From assembly GCA_964016885.1 (NCBI GenBank), contig OZ024744.1, forward strand, positions 102,052,001-102,116,000: a DNA stretch of 64,000 bases. Reading direction: 5' to 3'. Each line of letters starts with the position of its first letter. Positions within the stretch are counted from its first letter, which is position 1. Source of the stretch: Eledone cirrhosa. Lineage: Eukaryota. The translations under genes were made by a program, and so were the position numbers. The notes under the pieces were generated by a model. It worked only from the letters and a program-made list of their open reading frames with translations. It did no database searches and was not told where the DNA came from. Below, in pieces: positions 1 through 17,907 of this stretch.

Positions 1-3000
1 ACATACAGACACAAAACACAGACACAAACACACAGACAAAAAACATACAGACACAAACACAGACATAAACACACAGACACAAAACAAGCAGACACAAAAC
101 ACACAGACACAGACATAAACATACAGAAACAAACACGCAGACACAAAACACATAGGCACAAAACAATGACACAACACACACAGATACAAAACAGACACAA
201 ACAAACATACACAAAATACACAGACACAAAACACACAAACACACAGACATAAACACACACACACAAAACACACACACACAAAACACGCAGACACAAACAC
301 ACAGAAACAAAACACAGACACAAAACACACAGACACAGACATAAACACACAGACATAAAACACACAAACACAAAACACAGACACAGACACAAACACACAG
401 ACACAAAACACAGAGACAAACACACACACAAACACACACACACAGACATAAACACACGGACACAAAACACTGACACAAAACACAGGCACAAAACACAGAC
501 ACGAACACAAACACAGACACAAAACACACAGAAACAAACACACAGACACAAAAAAACACAGACACAAGACACAAACACACAGACACAAAACACACAGAGA
601 CAAACACACACACACAGACATAAACACACAGACACAAACACACTCACACAGGCACAAACACACAGACACAAAACACACAGACACAAAACACAGACACAAA
701 ACACACAGGCACAAACACACAGACACAAAACACACAGACACAAAACACAGACAAAAACACACAGACAAAAAACATACAGACACAAACACAGACATAAACA
801 CACGGACACAAAACACAGGCACAAAACACACAGACACAAAACACACAGATACAAAACACAGACAGAAACACACAGACACAAACAAACATACACAAAATAC
901 ACAGACACAAAACACACACACACAAACACACACACAAAACACACACACACAAAACACACAGACACAAACACACAGACACAAAACACACAGACACGAACAT
1001 ACAGACACAAAACACAGACAAAAACATACAGACACAAACACAGACATAAACACACAGACACAAAACACGCAGACACAAAACACACAGACACAAACACACA
1101 CACACAGACATAAACACACGGGCACAAAACACTGACTCAAAACACAGGCACAAAACACACAGACACGAACACACGGACACAAACATACAGACACAAAATA
1201 CACAGACACAAACACACGGACACAAACACACAGACAAAAAATACAAAGAGACAAACACACACACACAGACACAAACACACACACACAGACACAAACACAC
1301 AGACACAAAACACACAGACACAAACACACACACACAGACATAAACACACGGACACAAAACACTGACACAAAACACAGGCACAAAACACACAGACACGAAC
1401 ACAAACACACAGACACAAAACACACAGAGACAAACACACACAGACACAAAACACACAGACACAAGACACAAACACACAGACACAAACACACAGACAGACA
1501 CAAGACACACAGACACAAAACACACAGACACAAAACACATAGGCACAAAACACAGACACAACACACACAAACACAGACATAAACATACAGAAACAAACAC
1601 GCAGACACAAAACACACAGACACAAAACAATGACACAACACACACAGATACAAAACACAGACACAAACAAACATACACAAAATACACAGACACAAAACAC
1701 ACAAACACAAACACACAGACATAAACACACACACACAAAACACACACACACAAAACACGCAGACACAAACACACAGAAACAAAACACAGACACAAAACAC
1801 ACAGACACAAACACACACACACAGACATAAACACACAGACACAAAACACACAAACACAAAACACAGACACAGACACAAACACACAGACACAAAACACACA
1901 GAGACAAACACACACACAAACACACACACACAGACATAAACACACGGACACAAAACACTGACACAAAACACAGGCACAAAACACAGACACGAACACAAAC
2001 ACAGACACAAAACACACAGAAACAAACACACAGACACAAAAAAACACAGACACAAGACACAAACACACAGACACAAAACACACAGAGACAAACACACACA
2101 CACAGACATAAACACACAGACACAAACACACTCACACAGGCACAAACACACAGACACAAAACACACAGACACAAAACACAGACACAAACACACAGACAAA
2201 AAACATACAGACACAAACACAGACATAAACACACGGACACAAAACACAGGCACAAAACACACAGACACACAACACACAGACACAAAACACACAGATACAA
2301 AACACAGACAGAAACACACAGACACAAACAAACATACACAAAATACACAGACACAAAACACACACACACAAACACACAGACATAAACACACACACACAAA
2401 ACATGCAGACACAAACACACAGAAACAAAACACAGACACAGACACAAAACATATGGACACAAACACACAGACACAAAACACAGACACAAAACACAAAGAG
2501 ACAAAACACACACACAGACATAAACACACAGACACAAACACACTCACACAGACACAAACACACAGACACAAAACACAAAGAGACAAAACACAGACACAAA
2601 ACATACAGACACAAACACACACAGACACGAACACACAGACACAAAACACACAGAGACAAACACACACAGAGACACTAACACACAGACACAAAACACACAG
2701 ACACAAACACACACACACAGACATAAACACACGGACCCAAAACACTGACACAAAACACAGGCACAAAACACACAGAGACAAACACACAGACACAAAAAAA
2801 ACACAGACACAAGACACAAACACACAGACACAAACACACAGACACAAGACACACAGACACAAAACACACAGACACAAAACACATAGGCACAAAACACAGA
2901 CACAACACACACAGACACAAACACAGACATAAACATACAGAAACAAACACACAGACACAAAACACAGACAGAAACACACAGACACAAACAAACATACACA

Positions 3001-6000
3001 AAATACACAGACACAAACACACAGACATAAACACACACACACAAAACACACACAAAACACGCAGACACAAACACACAGAAACAAAACACACAGAGACAAA
3101 CACACACACACAGACATAAACATACAGACACAAAACACACTGACACAAAACACAGACACAAACACAGACACAAACACGCAGACACAAAACACACAGACAC
3201 AAAACACAGACACAAAACACACTCACAGACACAAAACACACAGACACAAAACACAAAACACAATCACAGACACAAAACACACAGACACAAACACACAGAC
3301 ACAAAACACACTCACACAGACACAAACACACAGACACAGACATAAACACACACACACAGACACAAACACACATACACAAACATACAGACACAAACATAGA
3401 CTCACAAAACACACAGACACAAAACACACAGACACAAAACACACACACACAAAACACACAGACACAAAACACACAGACACAAAACACACAGACACAAACA
3501 CACAGACATAAACACACAGACACAAACATACAGACACAAAACACAGATACAAACACACGGACACAAACATACAGACACAAAACACACAAACACAAAACAC
3601 AGACACAAACACACAGACACAAAACACACAGACACAAACACACACACACAGACATAAACACACAGACACAAAACAAACAGACACAAACACACAGACACAA
3701 AACACACAGACACAAAACACACAGACACAAAACACAGACACCAAAACACAGACACAACACTCACAGACACAAACCATACAGACACAAACACACAGACACA
3801 AAACACACAGACACAAAACACACAGAGAGAAAACACAAACACAAACACGCAGACACAAAACACACAGACACAAACATATAGACACAAAACACAGACACAA
3901 AACACAGACACAAAACACAGAGACAAACACACACACACAGACATAAACACACAGACACAAAACACACAGACACAAACACACAGACACAAAACACACTGAC
4001 ACAAACACACAGACACAAAACCAGACACAAACACACAGACACAAAACACCACAGACACAAAACACACACAGACATTAAATACACAGACACAAAACACAGA
4101 CACAAACACACAGACACAAAACACACAGACACAAAACAGAGACACAAACACACAGACATAAACACACAGACACAAACACACAGACACAAAACACAGACAC
4201 AAAACATACAGACACAAAACACACAGACACAAAACACACAGACACAAAACACACAGACACAAAACACACTCACACAGACACAAAACACACAGACACAAAA
4301 CACACTCACACAGACACAAAACACACAGACACAAAACACACAGACACAAAACACACAAACACAAAACATACAGACACAAAACACACAGACACAAAACATA
4401 GACACAAAACACACAGACACAAGACATACAGACACAAAACACACAGACACAAAACACACAGACACAAAACACACAGACACAAAACACACACAGACACAAA
4501 ACACACACAGACACAAAACACAGACACTGACACAAAACACACAGACACAATACACACACAAACACAAAACACAGACACAAAACACAGACACAAAACACAC
4601 AGACACAAAACACACACAGACACAAAACACAGACACAGACACAAAACACACAGACACAATACACACACAAACACACTCACACAGGCACAAACACACAGAC
4701 ACAAAACACACAGACACAAAACACAGACACAAACACACAGACAAAAAACATACAGACACAAACACAGACATAAACACACGGACACAAAACACAGGCACAA
4801 AACACACAGACACACAACACACAGACACAAAACACACAGATACAAAACACAGACAGAAACACACAGACACAAACAAACATACACAAAATACACAGACACA
4901 AAACACACACACACAAACACACAGACATAAACACACACACACAAAACATGCAGACACAAACACACAGAAACAAAACACAGACACAGACACAAAACATATG
5001 GACACAAACACACAGACACAAAACACAGACACAAAACACAAAGAGACAAAACACACACACAGACATAAACACACAGACACAAACACACTCACACAGACAC
5101 AAACACACAGACACAAAACACAAAGAGACAAAACACAGACACAAAACATACAGACACAAACACACACAGACACGAACACACAGACACAAAACACACAGAG
5201 ACAAACACACACAGAGACACTAACACACAGACACAAAACACACAGACACAAACACACACACACAGACATAAACACACGGACCCAAAACACTGACACAAAA
5301 CACAGGCACAAAACACACAGAGACAAACACACAGACACAAAAAAAACACAGACACAAGACACAAACACACAGACACAAACACACAGACACAAGACACACA
5401 GACACAAAACACACAGACACAAAACACATAGGCACAAAACACAGACACAACACACACAGACACAAACACAGACATAAACATACAGAAACAAACACACAGA
5501 CACAAAACACAGACAGAAACACACAGACACAAACAAACATACACAAAATACACAGACACAAAACACACAGACACAAACACACAGACATAAACACACACAC
5601 ACAAAACACACACAAAACACGCAGACACAAACACACAGAAACAAAACACACAGAGACAAACACACACACACAGACATAAACATACAGACACAAAACACAG
5701 ACACAAACACAGACACAAACACGCAGACACAAAACACACAGACACAAAACACACTCACAGACACAAAACACACAGACACAAAACACAAAACACAATCACA
5801 GACACAAAACACACAGACACAAACACACAGACACAAAACACACTCACACAGACACAAACACACAGACACAGACATAAACACACACACACAGACACAAACA
5901 CACATACACAAACATACAGACACAAACATAGACTCACAAAACACACAGACACAAAACACACAGACACAAAACACACACACACAAAACACACAGACACAAA

Positions 6001-9000
6001 ACACACAGACACAAAACACACAGACACAAACACACAGACATAAACACACAGACACAAACATACAGACACAAAACACAGATACAAACACACGGACACAAAC
6101 ATACAGACACAAAACACACAAACACAAAACACAGACACAAACACACAGACACAAAACACACAGACACAAACACACACACACAGACATAAACACACAGACA
6201 CAAAACAAACAGACACAAACACACAGACACAAAACACACAGACACAAAACACACAGACACAAAACACAGACACCAAAACACAGACACAACACTCACAGAC
6301 ACAAACCATACAGACACAAACACACAGACACAAAACACACAGACACAAAACACACAGAGAGAAAACACAAACACAAACACGCAGACACAAAACACACAGA
6401 CACAAACATATAGACACAAAACACAGACACAAAACACAGACACAAAACACAGAGACAAACACACACACACAGACATAAACACACAGACACAAAACACACA
6501 GACACAAACACACAGACACAAAACACACTGACACAAACACACAGACACAAAACCAGACACAAACACACAGACACAAAACACCACAGACACAAAACACACA
6601 CAGACATTAAATACACAGACACAAAACACAAAACACACAGACACAAAACAGAGACACAAACACACAGACATAAACACACAGACACAAACACACAGACACA
6701 AAACACAGACACAAAACATACAGACACAAAACACACAGACACAAAACACACAGACACAAAACACACAGACACAAAACACACTCACACAGACACAAAACAC
6801 ACAGACACAAAACACACTCACACAGACACAAAACACACAGACACAAAACACACTCACACAGACACAAAACACACAGACACAAAACACACAGACACAAAAC
6901 ACACAAACACAAAACATACAGACACAAAACACACAGACACAAAACATAGACACAAAACACACAGACACAAGACATACAGACACAAAACACACAGACACAA
7001 AACACACAGACACAAAACACACAGACACAAAACACACACAGACACAAAACACACACAGACACAAAACACAGACACAGACACAAAACACACAGACACAATA
7101 CACACACAAACACAAAACACAGACACAAAACACAGACACAAAACACACAGACACAAAACACACACAGACACAAAACACACACAGGCACAAAACACACAGA
7201 CACAAAACACACACAGACACAAAACACACAGACACTAAACACACACAGACACAAAACATAGACACAATACCACACAGACACAAAACACACTCACACAGAC
7301 ACAAAACACAGACACAAAACACACAGACACAAAACACACAGACACAAGACATACAGACACAAAACACACACAGACACAAAACACACAGACACAATACACA
7401 CACAGACACAAAACACACAGGCACAAAACACACAGACACAAAACACACACAGACACAAAACACACAGACACAAACATACAGACACAAAACACACACACAC
7501 AGACATAAACACAGACACAAAACACAGGCACAAAACAGACAGCCACAAACACACAGACACAAAACACACAGACACAAAACACACAGACACAAACACACAG
7601 ACACAAACATACAGACACAAAACACAGACACAAACACACGGACACAAACATACAGACACAAAACACACAAACACAAACACACAGACTCAAACACACACAC
7701 ACAGAGACAAAACACACAGACACAAACACACAGACACAAAACACAGACACAAACACAGACACAAACATACAGACACAAAACACAGACATAAAACACACAG
7801 AGACAAACACACACACACAGACATAAACATACAGACACAAAACACACTGACACAAAACACAGACACAGACACAAACACGCAGACACAAAACACACAGACA
7901 CAAAACACAGACACGAAACACACAGACACAAAACACAAAACACAATCACAGACACAAAACACACAGACACAAACACACAGACACAGACATAAACACACAC
8001 ACACAGACACAAACACACATACACAAACATACAGACACAAACATAGACTCACAAAACACACAGACACAAAACACACAGACACAAAACACACACACACAAA
8101 ACACACAGACACAAAACACACAGACACAAAACACACAGACACAAACACACAGACATAAACACACAGACACAAACATACAGACACAAAACACAGATACAAA
8201 CACACGGACACAAACATACAGACACAAAACACACAAACACAAAACACAGACACAAAACACACAGACACAAACACACACACACAGACATAAACACACAGAC
8301 ACAAAACAAACAGACACAAACACACAGACACAAAACACACAGACACAAAACACACAGACACAAAACACAGACACCAAAACACAGACACAACACTCACAGA
8401 CACAAACCATACAGACACAAACACACAGACACAAAACACACAGACACAAAACACACAGAGAGAAAACACAAACACAAACACGCAGACACAAAACACACAG
8501 ACACAAACATATAGACACAAAACACAGACACAAAACACAGACACAAAACACAGAGACAAACACACACACACAGACATAAACACACAGACACAAAACACAC
8601 AGACACAAACACACAGACACAAAACACACTGACACAAACACACAGACACAAAACCAGACACAAACACACAGACACAAAACACCACAGACACAAAACACAC
8701 ACAGACATTAAATACACAGACACAAAACACAGACACAAACACACAGACACAAAACACACAGACACAAAACAGAGACACAAACACACAGACATAAACACAC
8801 AGACACAAACACACAGACACAAAACACAGACACAAAACATACAGACACAAAACACACAGACACAAAACACACAGACACAAAACACACAGACACAAAACAC
8901 ACTCACACAGACACAAAACACACAGACACAAAACACACTCACACAGACACAAAACACACAGACACAAAACACACAGACACAAAACACACAAACACAAAAC

Positions 9001-12000
9001 ATACAGACACAAAACACACAGACACAAAACATAGACACAAAACACACAGACACAAGACATACAGATACAAAACACACAGACACAAAACACACAGACACAA
9101 AACACACAGACACAAAACACACACAGACACAAAACACACACAGACACAAAACACAGACACAGACACAAAACACACAGACACAATACACACACAAACACAA
9201 AACACAGACACAAAACACAGACACAAAACACACAGACACAAAACACACAGACACAAAACACACACAGGCACAAAACACACAGACACAAAACACACACAGA
9301 CACAAAACACACAGACACTAAACACACACAGACACAAAACATAGACACAATACCACACAGACACAAAACACACTCACACAGACACAAAACACAGACACAA
9401 AACACACAGACACAAAACACACAGACACAAGACATACAGACACAAAACACACAGACACAAAACACACACAGACACAAAACACACAGACACAATACACACA
9501 CAGACACAAAACACACAGGCACAAAACACACAGACACAAAACACACACAGACACAAACATACAGACACAAAACACACACACACAGACATAAACACAGACA
9601 CAAAACACAGGCACAAAACAGACAGCCACAAACACACAGACACAAAACACACAGACACAAAACACACAGACACAAACACACAGACACAAACATACAGACA
9701 CAAAACACAGACACAAACACACGGACACAAACATACAGACACAAAACACACAAACACAAACACACAGACTCAAACACACACACACAGAGACAAAACACAC
9801 AGACACAAACACACAGACACAAAACACAGACACAAACACAGACACAAACATACAGACACAAAACACAGACATAAAACACACAGAGACAAACACACACACA
9901 CAGACATAAACATACAGACACAAAACACACTGACACAAAACACAGACACAAACACAGACACAAACACGCAGACACAAAACACACAGACACAAAACACAGA
10001 CACAAAACACACAGACACAAAACACAAAACACAATCACAGACACAAAACACACAGACACAAACACACTCACACAGACACAAACACACAGACACAGACATA
10101 AACACACACACACAGACACAAACACACATACACAAACATACCGACACAAACATAGACTCACAAAACACACAGACACAAAACACACAGACACAAAACACAC
10201 ACACACAATACACACAGACACAAAACACACAGACACAAAACACACAGACACAAACACACAGACATAAACACACAGACACAAACATACAGACACAAAACAC
10301 AGATACAAACACATGGACACAAACATAGACACAAAACACACAAACACAAAACACAGACACAAACACACAGACACAAAACACACAGACACAAACACACACA
10401 CACAGACATAAACACACAGACACAAAACAAACAGACACAAACACACAGACACAAAACACACAGACACAAAACACACAGACACAAAACACAGACACCAAAA
10501 CACAGACACAACACTCACAGACACAAACCATACAGACACAAACACACAGACACAAAACACACAGACACAAAACACACAGAGAGAAAACACAAACACAAAC
10601 ACGCAGACACAAAACACACAGACACAAACATATAGACACAAAACACAGACACAAAACACAGACACAAAACACAGAGACAAACACACACACACAGACATAA
10701 ACACAGACACAAAACACACAGACACAAACACACAGACACAAAACACACTGACACAAACACACAGACACAAAACCAGACACAAACACACAGACACAAAACA
10801 CCACAGACACAAAACACACACAGACATTAAATACACAGACACAAAACACAGACACAAACACACAGACACAAAACACACAGACACAAAACAGAGACACAAA
10901 CACACAGACATAAACACACAGACACAAACACACAGACACAAAACACAGACACAAAACATACAGACACAAAACACACAGACACAAAACACACAGACACAAA
11001 ACACACAGACACAAAACACACTCACACAGACACAAAACACACAGACACAAAACACACGCACACAGACACAAAACACACAGACACAAAACACACAGACACA
11101 AAACACACAAACACAAAACATACAGACACAAAACACACAGACACAAAACATAGACACAAAACACACAGACACAAGACATACCGACACAAAACACACAGAC
11201 ACAAAACACACAGACACAAAACACACAGACACAAAACACACACAGACACAAAACACACACAGACACAAAACACACACAGACACAAAACACACAGACACAA
11301 TACACACACAAACAAAACACAGACACAAAACACAGACACAAAACACACAGACACAAAACACACACAGACACAAAACACACACAGACACAAAACACACACA
11401 GGCACAAAACACACAGACACAAAACACACACAGACACAAAACACACAGACACTAAACACACACAGACACAAAACATAGACACAATACCACACAGACACAA
11501 AACACACTCACACAGACACAAAACACAGACACAAAACACACAGACACAAAACACACAGACACAAAACACACAGACACAAAACACACAGACACAAAACACA
11601 CAGACACAAAACACACACAGACACAAAACACACAGACACAAAACACACAGGCACAAAACACACAGACACAAAACACACACAGACACAAAACACACAGACA
11701 CAAAACACACAGACACAAAACACACAGACACAAAACACACAGACACAAAACACACAGACACAAAACACACAGACACAAAACACACACAGACACAAAACAC
11801 ACAGACACAAAACACACAGACACAAAACACACATAGACACAAAACACACAGGCACAAAACACAGACACAAAACACACACAGACACAAAACACACAGACAC
11901 AAAACACACAGACACAAAACACACAGACACAAAACACACACAGACACAAAACACACAGACACAAAACACACAGACACAAAACACACATAGACACAAAACA

Positions 12001-15000
12001 CACAGGCACAAAACACACATAGACACAAAACACTCAGACACTAAACACACACAGACACAAAACACAGACACAAAACACACAGACACAAAACACACACACA
12101 AAACACACAGACACAAAACACACAGACACAAAACACACACAGACACAAAACACACAGACACAAAACACACAGACACAAAACACAGACACAAAACACACAG
12201 GCACAAAACACACATAGACACAAAACACACAGACATTAAACACACACAGACACAAAACACACATAGACACAAAACACACAGACACAAAACACAGACACAA
12301 AACACAGACACAAAACACACAGACACAAAACACACACACAAAACACACAGACACAAAACACACAGACACAAAACACACACAGACACAAAACACACAGACA
12401 CAAAACACACAGACACAAAACAAACAGACACAAACACACAGACACAAAACACACAGACACAAAACACACAGACACAAAACACAGACACCAAAACACAGAC
12501 ACAACACTCACAGACACAAACCATACAGACACAAACACACAGACACAAAACACACAGACACAAAACACACAGAGAGAAAACACAAACACAAACACGCAGA
12601 CACAAAACACACAGACACAAACATATAGACACAAAACACAGACACAAAACACAGACACAAAACACAGAGACAAACACACACACACAGACATAAACACAGA
12701 CACAAAACACACAGACACAAACACACAGACACAAAACACACTGACACAAACACACAGACACAAAACCAGACACAAACACACAGACACAAAACACCACAGA
12801 CACAAAACACACACAGACATTAAATACACAGACACAAAACACAGACACAAACACACAGACACAAAACACACAGACACAAAACAGAGACACAAACACACAG
12901 ACATAAACACACAGACACAAACACACAGACACAAAACACAGACACAAAACATACAGACACAAAACACACAGACACAAAACACACAGACACAAAACACACT
13001 CACACAGACACAAAACACACAGACACAAAACACACTCACACAGACACAAAACACACAGACACAAAACACACAGACACAAAACACACAAACACAAAACATA
13101 CAGACACAAAACACACAGACACAAAACATAGACACAAAACACACAGACACAAGACATACAGACACAAAACACACAGACACAAAACACACAGACACAAAAC
13201 ACACAGACACAAAACACACACAGACACAAAACACACACAGACACAAAACACACACAGACACAAAACACACAGACACAATACACACACAAACAAAACACAG
13301 ACACAAAACACAGACACAAAACACACAGACACAAAACACACACAGACACAAAACACACACAGGCACAAAACACACAGACACAAAACACACACAGACACAA
13401 AACACACAGACACTAAACACACACAGACACAAAACATAGACACAATACCACACAGACACAAAACACACTCACACAGACACAAAACACAGACACAAAACAC
13501 ACAGACACAAAACACACAGACACAAAACACACAGACACAAAACACACAGACACAAAACACACAGACACAAAACACACACAGACACAAAACACACAGACAC
13601 AAAACACACAGGCACAAAACACACAGACACAAAACACACACAGACACAAAACACACAGACACAAAACACACAGACACAAAACACACAGACACAAAACACA
13701 CAGACACAAAACACACAGACACAAAACACACAGACACAAAACACACACAGACACAAAACACACAGACACAAAACACACAGACACAAAACACACATAGACA
13801 CAAAACACACAGGCACAAAACACAGACACAAAACACACACAGACACAAAACACACAGACACAAAACACACAGACACAAAACACACAGACACAAAACACAC
13901 ACAGACACAAAACACACAGACACAAAACACACAGACACAAAACACACATAGACACAAAACACACAGGCACAAAACACACATAGACACAAAACACTCAGAC
14001 ACTAAACACACACAGACACAAAACACAGACACAAAACACACAGACACAAAACACACACACAAAACACACAGACACAAAACACACAGACACAAAACACACA
14101 CAGACACAAAACACACAGACACAAAACACACAGACACAAAACACAGACACAAAACACACAGGCACAAAACACACATAGACACAAAACACACAGACATTAA
14201 ACACACACAGACACAAAACACACATAGACACAAAACACACAGACACAAAACACAGACACAAAACACAGACACAAAACACACAGACACAAAACACACAGAC
14301 ACAAAACACAGACACAAAACACACAGACACAAAACACACACAGACACAAAACACACAGACACAAAACACACAGACACAAAACACACATAGACACAAAACA
14401 CACAGGCACAAAACACACATAGACACAAAACACACAGACACAAAACACACACAGACACAAAACACAGACACAAAACACACAGACACAAAACACACACACA
14501 CAAAACACACAGACACAAAACACACATACACAAAACACACAGGCACAAAACACACATAGACACAAAAAAACAGACACTAAACACACACAGACACAAAACA
14601 CACATAGACACAAAACACACAGACACAAAACACAGACACAAAACACACAGACACAAAACACACACAGACACAAAACACACAGACACAAAACACAGACACA
14701 AAACACACAGACACAAAACACACACAGACACAAAACACACAGACACAAAACACACAGACACAAAACACACATAGACACAAAACACACAGACACAAAACAC
14801 ACAGACACTAAACACACACAGACACAAAACAGACACAAAACACACAGACACAAAACACACACAGACACAAAACACACACAGACACAAAACACACAGACAC
14901 AATACACACAGACACAAAACACACAGACACTAAACACACAGGCACAAAACACACATAGACACAAAACACACAGACACTAAACACACACAGACACAAAACA

Positions 15001-16997
15001 CAGTCACAAAACACACAGACACAAAACACACACAGACACAAAACACACAGACACAAAACACACAGACACAAAACACACACAGACACAAAACACACACAGA
15101 CACAAAACACACAGACACAATACACACAGACACAAAACACACAGACACTAAACACACAGGCACAAAACACACATAGACACAAAACACACAGACACTAAAC
15201 ACACACAGACACAAAACACAGACACAAAACACACAGACACAAAACACACACAGACACAAAACACACAGACACAAAACACACACAGACACAAAACACACAC
15301 AGACACAATACACACAGACACAAAACACACAGACACAAAACACACAGACACAAAACACAGACACAAAACACACAGACACAAAACACACACAGACACAAAA
15401 CACACAGACACAAAACACACAGACACAAAACACACATAGACACAAAACACACAGGCACAAAACACACATAGACACAAAACACACAGACACAAAACACACA
15501 CAGACACAAAACACAGACACAAAACACACAGACACAAAACACACACAGACACAAAACACACAGACACAAAACACACATAGACACAAAACACACAGGCACA
15601 AAACACACATAGACACAAAAAAACAGACACTAAACACACACAGACACAAAACACACATAGACACAAAACACACAGACACAAAACACACAGACACAAAACA
15701 CACACAGACACAAAACACACAGACACAAAACACAGACACAAAACACACAGACACAAAACACACACAGACACAAAACACACAGACACAAAACACACAGACA
15801 CAAAACACACATAGACACAAAACACAGACACAAAACACACAGACACTAAACACACACAGACACAAAACACAGACACAAAACACACAGACACAAAACACAC
15901 ACAGACACAAAACACACACAGACACAAAACACAGACACAATACACACAGACACAAAACACACAGACACTAAACACACAGGCACAAAACACACATAGACAC
16001 AAAACACAGACACTAAACACACACAGACACAAAACACACAGACACAAAACACACAGACACAAAACACACACAGACACAAAACACAGACACAAAACACACA
16101 GACACAAAACACACACAGACACAAAACACACAGACACAATACACACAGACACAAAACACACAGACACTAAACACACAGGCACAAAACACACATAGACACA
16201 AAACACACAGACACTAAACACACACAGACACAAAACACAGACACAAAACACACAGACACAAAACACACACAGACACAAAACACACAGACACAAAACACAC
16301 ACAGACACAAAACACACACAGACACAAAACACACAGACACAATACACACAGACACAAAACACACAGACACAAAACACACAGACACTAAACACACAGACAC
16401 TAAACACACACAGACACAAAACACAGACACAAAACACACAGACACAAAACACAAAGTCACGAAACACACAGACACAAAACACACAGACACTAAACACACA
16501 GACACTAAACACACAGACACTAAACACACACAGACACAAAACACAGACACAAAACACACAGACACAAAACACAAAGTCACGAAACACACAGACACAAAAC
16601 ACACAGACACTAAACACACAGACACTAAACACACACAGACACAAAACACAGACACAAAACACACAGACACAAAACACAAAGTCACGAAACACACAGACAC
16701 AAAACACACAGACACTAAACACACAGACACTAAACACACAGACACTAAACACACACAGACACAAAACACAGACACAAAACACACAGACACAAAACACAAA
16801 GTCACAAAACACACAGACACAAAACACACAGACACGAAACACAGACACAAAACACACAGACACAAAACACACAGACACGAAACACACAGACACAAAACAC
16901 ACAGACACAAAACACAAAGTCACAAAACACACAGACACGAAACACACAGACACAAAACACACAGACATAAACAAACACACACAGACATAAACACACA
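1..16997. repeat. Large CA-rich tandem satellite, ~15-bp core unit ACACACAGACACAAA (13-17 bp variants), with 2.0-2.5 kb higher-order repeats; runs off the left edge
   Basis: In the purest stretches (e.g. 11520-11950) G recurs every 15 nt, matching the 5-aa periodicity ([15 protein letters not shown]) of the artefactual minus-strand ORFs. Identical ORF translations recur: 2132..2665 = 4677..5210, 3223..4065 = 5755..6597, 11452..12033 = 13413..13994. Confidence 0.97.
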
Positions 16998-17139
16998 TGC
17001 ATGTGCAGACCACATACACAGCAGAGAAAAACAAGATGGAGTAAATAGAACACGATCAGAGCAAAGAGGAGACACAGATGAGCAAGTTTAGTGATTGAGA
17101 AGGTCACAGGATGTATGATGAAAGCTTTCAATTAAATAT

Positions 17140-17298
17140 AACATCATCAACATCATCATCATCATCATCCATTTTTCCACACTGGCATGGGTTAGACAAG
17201 CTGTTCTGTTGTGGGCAATTCTAGGTCAGGTGACCATATCTTGCTCATACAGAACTGATTTGGGCCTGGTTTCTACAGCTGGATGCCCTTCCTAACAA
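17140..17298 (-). mobile_element. SINE-like non-autonomous element with RTE-type (GAT)n tail, 3' fragment
   Basis: (CAT)n followed by ttttccacactggcatgggttagac...tttctacagctggatgcccttcctaaca. The same motif recurs at ~20295, 33936, 36001, 37380, 45285, 45920, 49430 and 51470. Confidence 0.75.
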
Positions 17299-17707
17299 TT
17301 AAATAAAATATCTGGTTACTAAACTAACTAAAGAATAAAGGTGTAAGAAAGGGAGTAAGAGATATAGAGGAAGAATTGACCCTAGTACTAGACTGGTACT
17401 TTTGTTATCGACCTCAAAGCAAATGGTCCGTGTACTTTTATTGGCAGCTTGACTCTCCCAAAGTATAACAATATCTGTTCTAATACATGATGGTATCTCA
17501 GCGTGTCTCACAAACTTACACCACTAAAAATAGCAGCCAGGTTTATTCGACATTTGAAATAGCTCAACAAATTAACGGAGCCGAATCTATCATGTGCGTT
17601 ATTATATATAGCACACTATTGATATCATGTGTGTTATTGTATATAGCACATTATTCAGTTTCTTAATATACTTAGAAGTGTCTAGGATACTAATTTTTCA
17701 GCCACTG

Positions 17708-17907
17708 NNNNNNNNNNNNNNNNNNNNNNNNNNNNNNNNNNNNNNNNNNNNNNNNNNNNNNNNNNNNNNNNNNNNNNNNNNNNNNNNNNNNNNNNNNNNN
17801 NNNNNNNNNNNNNNNNNNNNNNNNNNNNNNNNNNNNNNNNNNNNNNNNNNNNNNNNNNNNNNNNNNNNNNNNNNNNNNNNNNNNNNNNNNNNNNNNNNNN
17901 NNNNNNN
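17708..17907. other. Assembly gap (200 N)
   Basis: Run of exactly 200 N, probably a fixed-size scaffolding gap. Confidence 0.99.

Noticed and set aside
1-16997. Telomeric repeat
   Set aside because: There are no (TTAGGG)n/(CCCTAA)n units. A subtelomeric position cannot be judged from this window.
644-17034. Dozens of long Cys/Val-rich minus-strand ORFs (up to 1250 aa) and Thr/His/Gln-rich plus-strand ORFs
   Set aside because: They are open in all frames because the satellite strands rarely form stop codons. There is no frame preference and most starts are non-ATG.
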